From Acidimicrobiia bacterium (lineage in GTDB: Bacteria > Actinomycetota > Acidimicrobiia > Spongiisociales > Spongiisociaceae): 33,625 nucleotides of DNA. Where the stretch lies: positions 1-33,625 of the forward strand of contig JBFGLM010000047.1 in NCBI GenBank assembly GCA_041576165.1. The letters run 5' to 3'. Below the pieces are notes generated by a model. That model did no database searches. It was not told where the DNA came from and saw only the letters and a list, made by a program, of their open reading frames with translations. Positions 1-8,419 of this stretch are shown one piece after another; positions within the stretch are counted from its first letter, which is position 1, and each line of letters opens with the position of its first letter. Made by a program: the position numbers and the translations under genes.

Positions 1-1
1 G

Positions 2-409
2 CCCATCGTCAGCCGCGACGAGAACACCCCGGTCCGGATCATCGTTGACGCCAGCTACCGGCGCCTCCACCTCTTGCAGGGCTACGACGAGCAGGACATC
101 GCCGAGCGGATGCGCTGGGAGAACGACATCGAGGCGTACCGGGAGTTCCTGGCCGCGCTGGACTTTGAAGGGTTCGCCCGCTGTCGGGGGGTGCCCGAAT
201 CGATGAATCCCGACGGGGTCGGCGTGTGCCCCAAGAACGGCCGGCTGGTGGCCGAAGTGTTCGAGAACGGTCTGCCGGTCATGCGCCTCTGGTGGGCGGA
301 TTGTGACGGCGGAACGGGCACCCTGGCCGGTAAGGCGAGGACGATCGAGGAACTGTTCCAGGCCCAGATACCCGACTACGAGACCCTGACCGCCGAGGTC
401 GAGCTTTAG
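2..409 (+). CDS. Hypothetical protein, 5'-truncated by the window edge
   Basis: Frame is open from position 2 (PIVSRDENTPVRIIVDASYRRLHLLQGY...LFQAQIPDYETLTAEVEL) to TAG at 407-409; GC3-rich codons. Confidence 0.8.
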   Translation, partial: PIVSRDENTPVRIIVDASYRRLHLLQGYDEQDIAERMRWENDIEAYREFLAALDFEGFARCRGVPESMNPDGVGVCPKNGRLVAEVFENGLPVMRLWWADCDGGTGTLAGKARTIEELFQAQIPDYETLTAEVEL

Positions 410-483
410 CACCGCGGGCCGGCCGTGACGGGCCGGCACCTTCAGACCTCAGGTTGGCGGCTCAGCGGGCCAGACGGGCGACG

Positions 484-723
484 CTACCGGCGAAGAAGGA
501 TGTGGCGACGGCGTAGGGGTCGGCGGCTTTCCAGCAGTCGCTCGTAGGGCAGCGACGCTCCCGTAAAGAATTCACTGTTCCAGAAGGGGTCGGCGGGGTC
601 GACCGCATCCCAGGCGGAGACGTACAGGTATGGCCCGGGATGGTTCTCGTCGCCGGGTGATGCGCCGTAGGTGGCTCGGCGGCCGTCAGGCATCCGAAAG
701 CCGGTGATGCTGGTAGTGGTCAT
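484..723 (-). pseudogene. Probable C-terminal fragment of a conserved actinobacterial hypothetical protein (DUF5996-like tail)
   Basis: Segment RATYGASPGDENHPGPYLYVSAW...DPFWN...GASLPY matches a C-terminal motif that normally ends longer proteins; flanks look unrelated. Confidence 0.45.
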
Positions 724-812
724 TTATCGGTCGTCTCGGCGGTAGCCGTGACCGATACAACCGGTCCCTGACGGCCGGGCCGGACTCTTGCTGATCGGGA
801 GGTGCGGCCGGC

Positions 813-1382
813 TCAGCGACCGAGGGCGCCCATCACCGCGTCAACCAGGTGGCGGGTCACGTTGGCGACGGCCTGGCCGCCTAGCTGATTGCGGGCGACC
901 GGGATTCCCTCGGTCGTCGCGACGATGAACTCTCTCAATGCGCCGATGTCGACGTTGCGACCCGAATCCGCCGCGGCAGCCCGCAGAAACTCCTCGAGGT
1001 ACGTCATCCAGCCGGCGAAGTAGCCGGACACCTGGGTGCGGATGCCCGGGTTGGTCGCCCCGAGCTCCTGGGCGAGCATCGGGACCAGGCGGCCGGTGTC
1101 ACACACCCACTCGGTCATGAAGGTGATGTGCTCCGCCAGGCGGGCGCCCGGGTCCGAAACTTGTTCGATTTCCGCATGGACATCGAGGACCGGTTGCCAG
1201 GTGAAGGCCAGCACCTGGGACGCGAAATCATCCTTGGATCTGAAATAGTGGAAGAAGGCGCCCTTGGTGACCCCGGCCCCGTCGCAGATCGTGTCAACGC
1301 TGGTGGCTGTGTATCCCTGGGCCAGGAAGAGACGCTGACCCTCGACCAGCATATTGTGTCTGCGGTTGGGCGCTCCGGTCAC
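813..1382 (-). CDS. TetR/AcrR family transcriptional regulator
   Basis: HTH LFLAQGYTATSVDTICDGAGVTKGAFFHYFRSKDD; TACGAT -10 lies 7 nt before the GTG (leaderless). Confidence 0.93.
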   Translation of the reverse strand: MTGAPNRRHNMLVEGQRLFLAQGYTATSVDTICDGAGVTKGAFFHYFRSKDDFASQVLAFTWQPVLDVHAEIEQVSDPGARLAEHITFMTEWVCDTGRLVPMLAQELGATNPGIRTQVSGYFAGWMTYLEEFLRAAAADSGRNVDIGALREFIVATTEGIPVARNQLGGQAVANVTRHLVDAVMGALGR

Positions 1383-1440
1383 ACGGGCGATCGTACCGCC
1401 GGGTGCCCCGTCTCACAGGGCATCCGGGCGGCGGACTAGC

Positions 1441-1740
1441 TCAGGCCGGCGACCACTCGAGTAGCGGCGTCGCGTTGACGGTGCCGCCGCTGATACGCTC
1501 CATGCCCGCGTTGAACTCTTTGAAGAAGTCGGTCTCGAATAGACGCTGTTGGGTGTCGGGGGAGTCGAGCCACGCCAGATGGACGAACGAGGTGCCTTCC
1601 GGGCCGCGCCGCATCACCCGGTAGGTGAACTTGTCGGGCTCCCAGCGGGAGACGGCGTCCAGGAACGCCGCCCGGACCTTGTCGGCCTCCTTCTCCATGC
1701 CGTCTTGGACCGTGTACTCGACCATGACTTCGACCGCCAT
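1441..1740 (-). CDS. Small dimeric alpha-beta barrel (ABM-like) protein
   Basis: 99 aa with VMVEYTV...YRVMR...SFVHLAW...FFKEF pattern; AAGGAGG RBS at 1747-1753. Confidence 0.7.
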   Translation of the reverse strand: MAVEVMVEYTVQDGMEKEADKVRAAFLDAVSRWEPDKFTYRVMRRGPEGTSFVHLAWLDSPDTQQRLFETDFFKEFNAGMERISGGTVNATPLLEWSPA

Positions 1741-1758
1741 GCCGTGCCTCCTTGCCGT

Positions 1759-1789
1759 ACTACATACCGACTGGTCGGTATGTAGTCTA
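1759..1789 (-). promoter_or_regulatory. Palindromic TetR-type operator overlapping an extended -10 (TGnTAGACT)
   Basis: ACTACATACCGAC-TG-GTCGGTATGTAGT: perfect 13-bp arms at 1759-1771 and 1774-1786; -10 at 1784-1789 on the minus strand. Confidence 0.8.
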
Positions 1790-1869
1790 CCATGACTTTG
1801 GGAGGGCGGGATCCGGCTGCGGTGGCGGGCCCTAATCTGCGGTGCGGTGCCCGCGTGCGGGCGCCGACC

Positions 1870-1956
1870 GGAGGGATGGCCGAGCGGTCGAAGGCGCTGG
1901 TCTTGAAAACCAGTGGGCCCCTTGGGGTCTCGTGGGTTCGAATCCCACTCCCTCCG
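1870..1956 (+). tRNA. tRNA-Ser(TGA)
   Basis: GGAGGGA/TCCCTCC acceptor stem, anticodon loop CTTGAAA, long variable arm, GGTTCGAATCC T-arm; CCA not encoded. Confidence 0.97.
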
Positions 1957-2041
1957 CGAGCTTCGAAGAAGCTCGCCATCAATAGGGTTCGTCCGGCGAT
2001 GGCGGGTTCGAACTTAGTCCCAGGAGGCCCGCGAAACCCGA

Positions 2042-2087
2042 GCCTTAGGCTCGGGGGTGCCCTGAGGGACCACGAGCGCCGAAAGTT
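2042..2087. repeat. Dispersed 46-bp repeat (paired CCTNAGG), copy 1
   Basis: 37/46 ungapped identity to 23621-23666 by manual alignment. Confidence 0.7.
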
Positions 2088-2216
2088 CGGCCGGGCGGGG
2101 CCCGGGCGCCTCCGGCTTCAGTGGGTTGAGTCCCAATTCCTTGCGCTCCAATCCGTTTGAACCCGGATCATTCCGCTCAACAGCAAGTGACGCGTCCGTC
2201 AGCGGTGACAAGCCCG

Positions 2217-2840
2217 TCAGATCTCCAGCCAGCAGGCTTCGTAGGGGACTCCCTCCAGCACTTGGCCACCGAGGAGCGGGCACATCTCGGCGGCCGGGGG
2301 GATGTCTTCGATCGGCGTCGGCGGCCCGTTGTAGCGCAGCCTCACGGCGGCGAGTCGCGCCTGGTCGCAGTCATAGACCGTGTAGCCGTCCCATTTGGCC
2401 GGGTCCGCTCCGGCGGCGTGCCGCACCAGGCTGAGGTTCAGCTGGTACCCGTGGTAGGAGACGTCGCCGACGACGATCATCGTCAGCAGATCGATACGCT
2501 CTACCACCGTGAACGGCCCCGCCAGGTAGGCGCCGAGGGTCTCCCGATCAAAAGCATCGTTCGAGAGCCGGGGGGCCAGGTCGTCGTCGATCTCGAAGAA
2601 ACCGAAGGCATCGTCTGCAACGATCTCCTCTGCGGCCGCCGGATCAGCCGTAAGCAATGTCAGGAACGAGGCCGTCGCCGAGGCAGCCGTCGCCGGGTCG
2701 CAAGCCGCCAGCTGTGTAGTGCTGACCGGCGGGTCGGTGGTCGCGACCGGGATGCTGTCGGTTGCGGCGTCTGGCGTACCGGTGCTGTTACAGGCGGCCA
2801 GCAGCACCGCCACGAGAGAGACAGCGCACAGGAGCTTCAT
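2217..2840 (-). CDS. Putative lipoprotein
   Basis: Start reassigned to ATG 2840: MKLLCAVSLVAVLLAAC lipobox, then a T/P-rich linker; TACGAT-like -10 (TACGCT) 5 nt upstream. Confidence 0.8.
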   Translation of the reverse strand: MKLLCAVSLVAVLLAACNSTGTPDAATDSIPVATTDPPVSTTQLAACDPATAASATASFLTLLTADPAAAEEIVADDAFGFFEIDDDLAPRLSNDAFDRETLGAYLAGPFTVVERIDLLTMIVVGDVSYHGYQLNLSLVRHAAGADPAKWDGYTVYDCDQARLAAVRLRYNGPPTPIEDIPPAAEMCPLLGGQVLEGVPYEACWLEI

Positions 2841-3079
2841 AGCGCAGCGTACCCGTCGCGCTCCCACGCCGAGTCCCGATGTCGGCCCTGCATGAGGTCC
2901 CCAATCGACGCCCGGCGTGGCGGCCGGGCCAGGATCTCGATGCGCCAACCGCCAAAGGCACGGGCAAGGGCTTGGATCTCGTCGACCTCATCGGTGATAC
3001 AGAGGCTGGCGGCCGGTAGCTATCGGCCGTTAGACCAATGATTCGCGTTCTGTCGAATCAGGCCGCCTAACCGGCGGAG

Positions 3080-3435
3080 TCAGGACTCGACGGCGGCCTT
3101 CAGTTGCGGGAGCAGTCGCCTGCCGACAATGCGGCGGGTGAGCCATCGAGCGAGGTGCGCGGATGGGGCAGTAATCCCTGCCGTCTCGTAGATGCCTCGG
3201 ATCGAGAAGGTGGTGCCCGGTCCTGATTCCTCGAGGATGCAATTCCCCTCTCTGGTCATGACTCGGTCTTTGTTGACTTGCTTCCACCCAGCCTGTTCGG
3301 CGGATCGATCACGGTGATCTCGTTGACCACCGTGATTGTCACTCCGATGAGCTTCACTTTGTTCTCATAGCGGGACCCCACTGTCAGCTCGCCATCGTTG
3401 AGCGCCGTGACCGATACCATCACCGTCTCCGCCAT
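3080..3435 (-). pseudogene. Frameshifted, N-truncated SRPBCC family gene
   Basis: MAETVMVSVTALNDGELTVGSRYENKVKLIGVTITVVNEITVIDPPNRL, then a 1-nt shift near 3288, continuing WKQVN...LARWLTRRIVGRRLLPQLKAAVES*. Confidence 0.7.
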
Positions 3436-3487
3436 TCATCACCCAGCCTGCGACCAGCGACCCGAGGCACCTCGCTCCGCTCGCTGG

Positions 3488-3916
3488 TCAGGACCCGGAG
3501 GCGAGTCCGGCGAGGTGTCTACGCATGGCCGGTACTGACACCAACCGGCCTCCCAACCATACGGCGACCCTGACGACCGGGCCGATGGCCCTCACCCATC
3601 CGGAGAACGTCAGGGCGCTGGACACGGCGATTTCGCTGCCGCCGGCTACGGGTCGCACCGTGATCGTGTCTCTACTGTGGCCCCGTCGAGTCCCGCCGGC
3701 GTACACAATTCGGTCGGGCGATGCGAGCTCAACGATCTCGTAGCGAAGTGTCATTCCACCCAACGAGTGCAGAACGTAGGTGGAACCAACGACCATGGGC
3801 GGTCCCTCAACCTCAACCCCTCGTACAAACGGATCCCATTCGGCGAGCCTCTTGAAGTCGGCGACGGTGTCGAAGGCAACCCGGGGCGGAACTGGCGCCT
3901 GAACTACGAAGTGCAT
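3488..3916 (-). CDS. SRPBCC (polyketide cyclase/dehydrase-like) family protein
   Basis: VPPRVAFDTVADFKRLAEWDP...VGSTY...YEIVELASPDRIVY pattern; leaderless TAGCGT-6-ATG. Confidence 0.88.
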   Translation of the reverse strand: MHFVVQAPVPPRVAFDTVADFKRLAEWDPFVRGVEVEGPPMVVGSTYVLHSLGGMTLRYEIVELASPDRIVYAGGTRRGHSRDTITVRPVAGGSEIAVSSALTFSGWVRAIGPVVRVAVWLGGRLVSVPAMRRHLAGLASGS

Positions 3917-4017
3917 GGAACCACGCTAGGCCGCAGACGCCGGGCCCAACTCTCACCCCCGACGCACCTCAGATTGGTTCGCACTAGGTGATCTCGTCGC
4001 CCTACTACGGTGCCTGC

Positions 4018-6444
4018 GTGGCGACTCCGATCGATCCCCGACCTGTGGCCAGCCGTCAACCTGCAGATGTGCCGTGCCGGGTGGTGGACAACGACCCGAT
4101 GATGCGACAGCTGGCGGCCGCACTCAAGAGTGCGGCCGGGTGCGCCATCGACACCGAGACGGTGTACACCACCGAACCGCTCGATGATGTCGGACCCGGC
4201 GCCCTGCGGGTTGTTTCGCTCGCCACGCGCGATCGTGACGGAGCCGAAACAACGTGGGTCGTCGACGTCGGTCGGGTCGACGCGATTCGCCTGGCTCGCA
4301 CGCTGTCCGGTGTTGACGCCGACGCGTGGAACGCCAACTTCGACGCAAGGGTTATCGACCGCGACCTGATGGCTCCGGCGATACGCGCAGGCCATGATGT
4401 ACGGCCCCTCCGTTGGTGGGACGCGCAGCTCGCCGACGCCTTGCTCTATCAGGGGTTGACTGGATTCGCCTACTTCCACGGTTTGGCCTGGGCGTGCGAG
4501 TGGTATCTCGGAATCAAGACGGATGGGAAGGGCACCACTCAACTGTCGTACCGCGCCGAGGGTGACCTGAGCGCCGAGCAGATCCGTTATGCAGCCGCCG
4601 ACGCGATCGAGACGCTGTGGGTGGCCGACGCGATCAGGCGCCGGATCGCCGACGCCGGACTTGACGTGGTGTGTGCCCTGGAGCAACGCGCCCGGCCGTT
4701 CCTCGATCAGATGGAGCGGGCCGGATTGCCGTTCGACTCCGACGGGTGGAGTGACGAGCTCGTTCGGATCGCCGAACGACGGCAAGCCGCCCTCGGACGG
4801 TTGGCCGATCTGACCGGCGGCGGGCAGGGCAGCTTGTTCTCAGAACATCTGGAACCATCTTGGAACCCGGGCAGTGAGTCGCAGACGAAGGCCATCTTGA
4901 ATGTCCACGCCCGCGACAGCGTCACTGCCTGGACCCGGCGGGTTCACGGAGTGGATCGCCTGCTCACCGAGTCGGATCCACTGCCGGCCGGCGTGTTGCG
5001 TGAGATTGGCGGCGAGTTGTGCGAGCGACTCCTCGAGTACCGCGACCTCACCAAGATTCTGACCACCTACGGAGAGACGTTTCGCGAGCAGGCGCATGCC
5101 GACGGCCGGGTGCATCCCGAGTACATTCAAGTGGTCGGAACCAGTACGGGACGGCTGGCAAGTCGCAATCCCAACGCCCAGAACCTCGCGCCGAGGATGA
5201 AGCGCTATTTCCGACCCTCCAACCCGGGCCGGGTATTTGTTCACGCTGACCTCAGCCAGGCGGAGTTGCGCTTCGTCGCGCAGGTCACCGGAGACGAGCA
5301 TCTGCGACAGGCGTTTCACGATGGTGTCGATGTTCACGTGGCGACCGCCACGCGCATGTTCCAGGTGGACATGGACGCCCTGAGAATCACCGATCCGGCG
5401 CGCCACGACGAGCTGCGGGCCAGAGCGAAGCGGATCAACTTCGGCATTGTCTATGGACAGCGCGGGGTCGGGCTGGCCCGCAGCCTCACGACGGCCGGGG
5501 TCGAAACATCCGGCCTGGAGGGTCGCGAGTTGTTGGATGCATATCTCGCCGTATATCCGGGGGTTGCCCGGTGGGTCGAAGAACGCGATCGGTTCATCGA
5601 GACCACCGCCGCATCGCGGCCGTCGATGGATTGGCCGCTGACGTTGCAGCTGCACCGCTGGTGGCCGGAGCTACGTGCGATCAGCCGGGAATTCCGGGAT
5701 GTCCACCGGCGCGCGCCCACGGTCGAGGAGGTGCATCTAGCCCTTGCCGGCGACCCCGGCCTGACTGTCGAGGAGACGGCGTGGGTATTGTCGTTCAATG
5801 CGCCGATCGCGCTGACCGCGACCGGTGATGCCTTCCGTTTTGTCTCGCACACGGCAGCGGGCCGCCGCCAGCAATTCACGATCCACACCGAGGGCATCCT
5901 GGCCGCCGCCGCCGAAGTGGTGCTGCGATCCACCAAGCCGGGTCCGGCGCAGGTGCGCCGGAATACGGTCACGCCCACAGGCCTGTCCGTGGAAGACCTG
6001 TGTGCGATGACGGGTGAAGGGGGCATTCCCAAGCTCGTCGAGGATCGGTCGTTACGCCGGGCGATCGTGGATCAGGTCAACGAGACCATGGGAGCGGACG
6101 CCACCAACGTGTTGCTCGGGGGCGCGCTAAGCCAGCGAATCGCACGGATGGCCAATGCGTATCGCAATGCGCCGATTCAGGGCGGTGTGGCCGATGTCAT
6201 GCTCGACGCCTTTGGAATGTTGCACGATCGGCTGGGCGATCACCCCGGCGCGTTGCCGGTCCAGACGGTTCACGACAGTGTGGTGATCGAGTGCAGTCGC
6301 GCGGATGCACGTGAGGTGGCGGTCACCGTGAAGGCGACGCTGGAGGGGGCAATGCGTCGATGGTGTCCCGATGTTCCGGCAGCGGCCGACACAGACGTGC
6401 GAACGAGTCTTTCGGAAGCCGACGTCGAATACGTCGTGGATTGA
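4018..6444 (+). CDS. Family A DNA polymerase with 3'-5' exonuclease, no 5' nuclease, and large insertions
   Basis: ExoI AIDTET, ExoII WNANFD, ExoIII YAAADA; TGRLAS.NPNAQN; motif A DLSQAELR; motif B RAKRINFGIVYG; NAPIQG; motif C VHDS. Start probably GTG 4018 (TACGGT 6 nt upstream); ORF open from 3988. Confidence 0.93.
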   Translation: MATPIDPRPVASRQPADVPCRVVDNDPMMRQLAAALKSAAGCAIDTETVYTTEPLDDVGPGALRVVSLATRDRDGAETTWVVDVGRVDAIRLARTLSGVDADAWNANFDARVIDRDLMAPAIRAGHDVRPLRWWDAQLADALLYQGLTGFAYFHGLAWACEWYLGIKTDGKGTTQLSYRAEGDLSAEQIRYAAADAIETLWVADAIRRRIADAGLDVVCALEQRARPFLDQMERAGLPFDSDGWSDELVRIAERRQAALGRLADLTGGGQGSLFSEHLEPSWNPGSESQTKAILNVHARDSVTAWTRRVHGVDRLLTESDPLPAGVLREIGGELCERLLEYRDLTKILTTYGETFREQAHADGRVHPEYIQVVGTSTGRLASRNPNAQNLAPRMKRYFRPSNPGRVFVHADLSQAELRFVAQVTGDEHLRQAFHDGVDVHVATATRMFQVDMDALRITDPARHDELRARAKRINFGIVYGQRGVGLARSLTTAGVETSGLEGRELLDAYLAVYPGVARWVEERDRFIETTAASRPSMDWPLTLQLHRWWPELRAISREFRDVHRRAPTVEEVHLALAGDPGLTVEETAWVLSFNAPIALTATGDAFRFVSHTAAGRRQQFTIHTEGILAAAAEVVLRSTKPGPAQVRRNTVTPTGLSVEDLCAMTGEGGIPKLVEDRSLRRAIVDQVNETMGADATNVLLGGALSQRIARMANAYRNAPIQGGVADVMLDAFGMLHDRLGDHPGALPVQTVHDSVVIECSRADAREVAVTVKATLEGAMRRWCPDVPAAADTDVRTSLSEADVEYVVD

Positions 6445-6523
6445 ACCCCCTTTCGCCCAGTAGCCGATCCGGCCTGGCGCCCCAGGTGGCTGTCCAGCCT
6501 AAGGCTATGTCCAACCAGGCCGG

Positions 6524-7969
6524 TCAATCGGGCGGTTGATTCAGCTCGATCGCGGCAGCCTGGAACTTGGCGGCTCGTGCCAGGCTTCCGCCGATGGCGT
6601 CTCGGATCCGAGGCGTGGCGGCATGGGCTAGATCTCCGACGGTCCGCACCCCGGCCGCGGCCAGCTCGGCTGCCAGGTGCCGGCCAATGCCTTTTACGTC
6701 GCTGGTCGGCCGGCCGCTGGCGATCACCGCGAGCTGGACTTCCGGTTCTGCCGACGGGGTCCCGGCCGCAGGTTCTTGGCGGACCACGGTTGCGAAGGTT
6801 GACGAGTCTGAGCCGGCCCGGAATGCCTGCGTCGCTACGACCGTGGTCGCGAAATCCGCATCCCGCAACCGAGCTATGGCCGAACCAAGCGGCTGGCCCA
6901 CCACGTCGGGCACCGCAACGGCACGTCGCACCGGCGCCCGCGCCAGGACCACCGCCACGGTACTGCCACGTTGTACCCGATCGCCGGCGGCGGGCCGTTG
7001 GTCGATGATGGAGTCCGGCTGCTCCCCGCTGACTCGGTAACTCACCGTACCGAGCACCAGCTCCGCTCCTTTCAGCTTCTTCTTGGCGTCCGTCAACGCC
7101 AGGCCCAGCAATTTCGGTACCTCCCGCTCGGGTGGTGCCGCCAATTCGACGTCGACCTCCGAACCGACGGGTGCCTTTTCGTCCGCAGATGGTGTTTGGG
7201 CGATGACGGTGCCGGTCATAGCCTCACTCGGCGTCTGGGTCGGGTCGCCCGCCACCAGGCGCAGGGCGGCCAGTCGGTCCCGGGCTTGGGCGAGCGTCAG
7301 CCCGACTAGATCTGGGACCGCCACTTCGGCGGCCGCGACCACGAGGTCGATTGCGGTCCCGGGCTCCACGTACGTACCGCCGTCGGGATCCTGCTCGACG
7401 ACCGATCGCGGCGGCGCAAAAGCAGGCCGCTCGGACACCTCTCCGACCACGAGGTTCGCAGCCGCGAGGCGCGTCTCTGCCCCATCGGTGGTTGCGCCCA
7501 GCACGGTGGGCACGAGGACCAGGCCGGTGAGGTCGGGATCGGGCCGGCTGACCCGGCTGATATCGAGCTCGACCCGGGCGAGCAGACCCGGGTCGATCTT
7601 CTCGCCGAGGCCCGGGAGCCGAATCACCGCTTGCTCACCGTCGCTGTCGACGGCGACCTTCAGCGCGAAGCTGGCGGACTGTACTCCGTACGTCGGCCCG
7701 TCCTCCGGCCCTGCTGCCTCGACGGCCGCGAGTCCGGCCCGCAGTTGCGCACCCAGCTGATCGAAGCTCAACGCCGGCCGCTCGGCCTGGATCTGCTCCA
7801 GCTCGGACCTCACGGCGTCCAGTTCCTCGCTGAGCGCATCCCGAGCCCGCTGCAGCTCGGCCCGCTCGGCTCGAAGCCGCACCTTTTCGGCCGCAACGGC
7901 CTCGAGCTCGGCGGTGAGCTCGTCGACGCGTCGCTGGAGACGCTTGATCTCGTCCGGGTCGGTTGCCAT
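6524..7969 (-). CDS. Coiled-coil + small alpha/beta domain + 4 PASTA repeats + C-terminal HhH protein
   Basis: N-terminal heptads; four VPxxxG...A...L...Q.P repeats; VKGIGRHLAAELAAAGVRTVGDLA HhH; no signal peptide or TM segment. Confidence 0.88.
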   Translation of the reverse strand: MATDPDEIKRLQRRVDELTAELEAVAAEKVRLRAERAELQRARDALSEELDAVRSELEQIQAERPALSFDQLGAQLRAGLAAVEAAGPEDGPTYGVQSASFALKVAVDSDGEQAVIRLPGLGEKIDPGLLARVELDISRVSRPDPDLTGLVLVPTVLGATTDGAETRLAAANLVVGEVSERPAFAPPRSVVEQDPDGGTYVEPGTAIDLVVAAAEVAVPDLVGLTLAQARDRLAALRLVAGDPTQTPSEAMTGTVIAQTPSADEKAPVGSEVDVELAAPPEREVPKLLGLALTDAKKKLKGAELVLGTVSYRVSGEQPDSIIDQRPAAGDRVQRGSTVAVVLARAPVRRAVAVPDVVGQPLGSAIARLRDADFATTVVATQAFRAGSDSSTFATVVRQEPAAGTPSAEPEVQLAVIASGRPTSDVKGIGRHLAAELAAAGVRTVGDLAHAATPRIRDAIGGSLARAAKFQAAAIELNQPPD

Positions 7970-7987
7970 CGGCTCAGGTCTACTCCA

Positions 7988-8419
7988 TCAACCGGACCGC
8001 TGGGCGGGCGGCACGGACACAATCCTCGCTTTCACCGAACTGGTTCCGCTCGCCTCGAGCGTCGTCTCGCGACTCGTCCGGACGTTGTAGGGAACAGATC
8101 GCAACAGCGGTCGCAGCACCCGCCGGCCATCGGATCGAGTCTCCTCCTCCAGTTTCATCGTGAGCGCCATGCGTACGTCGATCTCGACTTCGGGGATGTG
8201 GTACCAGGTGGCATCGACCTGATAGCGGGCCAGCCCGCTCGGTTCGTCGCCGGCGTCAGCGATCGCGGCTGTGGTGAGCTCGTCGAGTTTGGCCTGGATC
8301 CGCATCGAGGTCTCGTCCATCGTTGCCTGCGCTTCGGCAACGGCCTGGGCCGTCTGGCTGAGCAGCACCCCGAATGGCACCTCCAGCAGCTCGTGGCTCG
8401 TGGTGACCAGATCAGCCAT
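7988..8419 (-). CDS. DUF2589-like protein, short paralog (143 aa)
   Basis: Start ATG 8419 overlaps the upstream stop (ATGGCTGA); ELLEVPFG...AVAEAQ..MD..S, WY.IPEVEIDVRM, GTSSVK...VPP. Confidence 0.8.
   Translation of the reverse strand: MADLVTTSHELLEVPFGVLLSQTAQAVAEAQATMDETSMRIQAKLDELTTAAIADAGDEPSGLARYQVDATWYHIPEVEIDVRMALTMKLEEETRSDGRRVLRPLLRSVPYNVRTSRETTLEASGTSSVKARIVSVPPAQRSG

Noticed and set aside
5590-6140. Intein explanation for the polymerase insertions
   Set aside because: No N-terminal Cys/Ser block, no His-Asn terminus, no LAGLIDADG motif, and each insert is too short.
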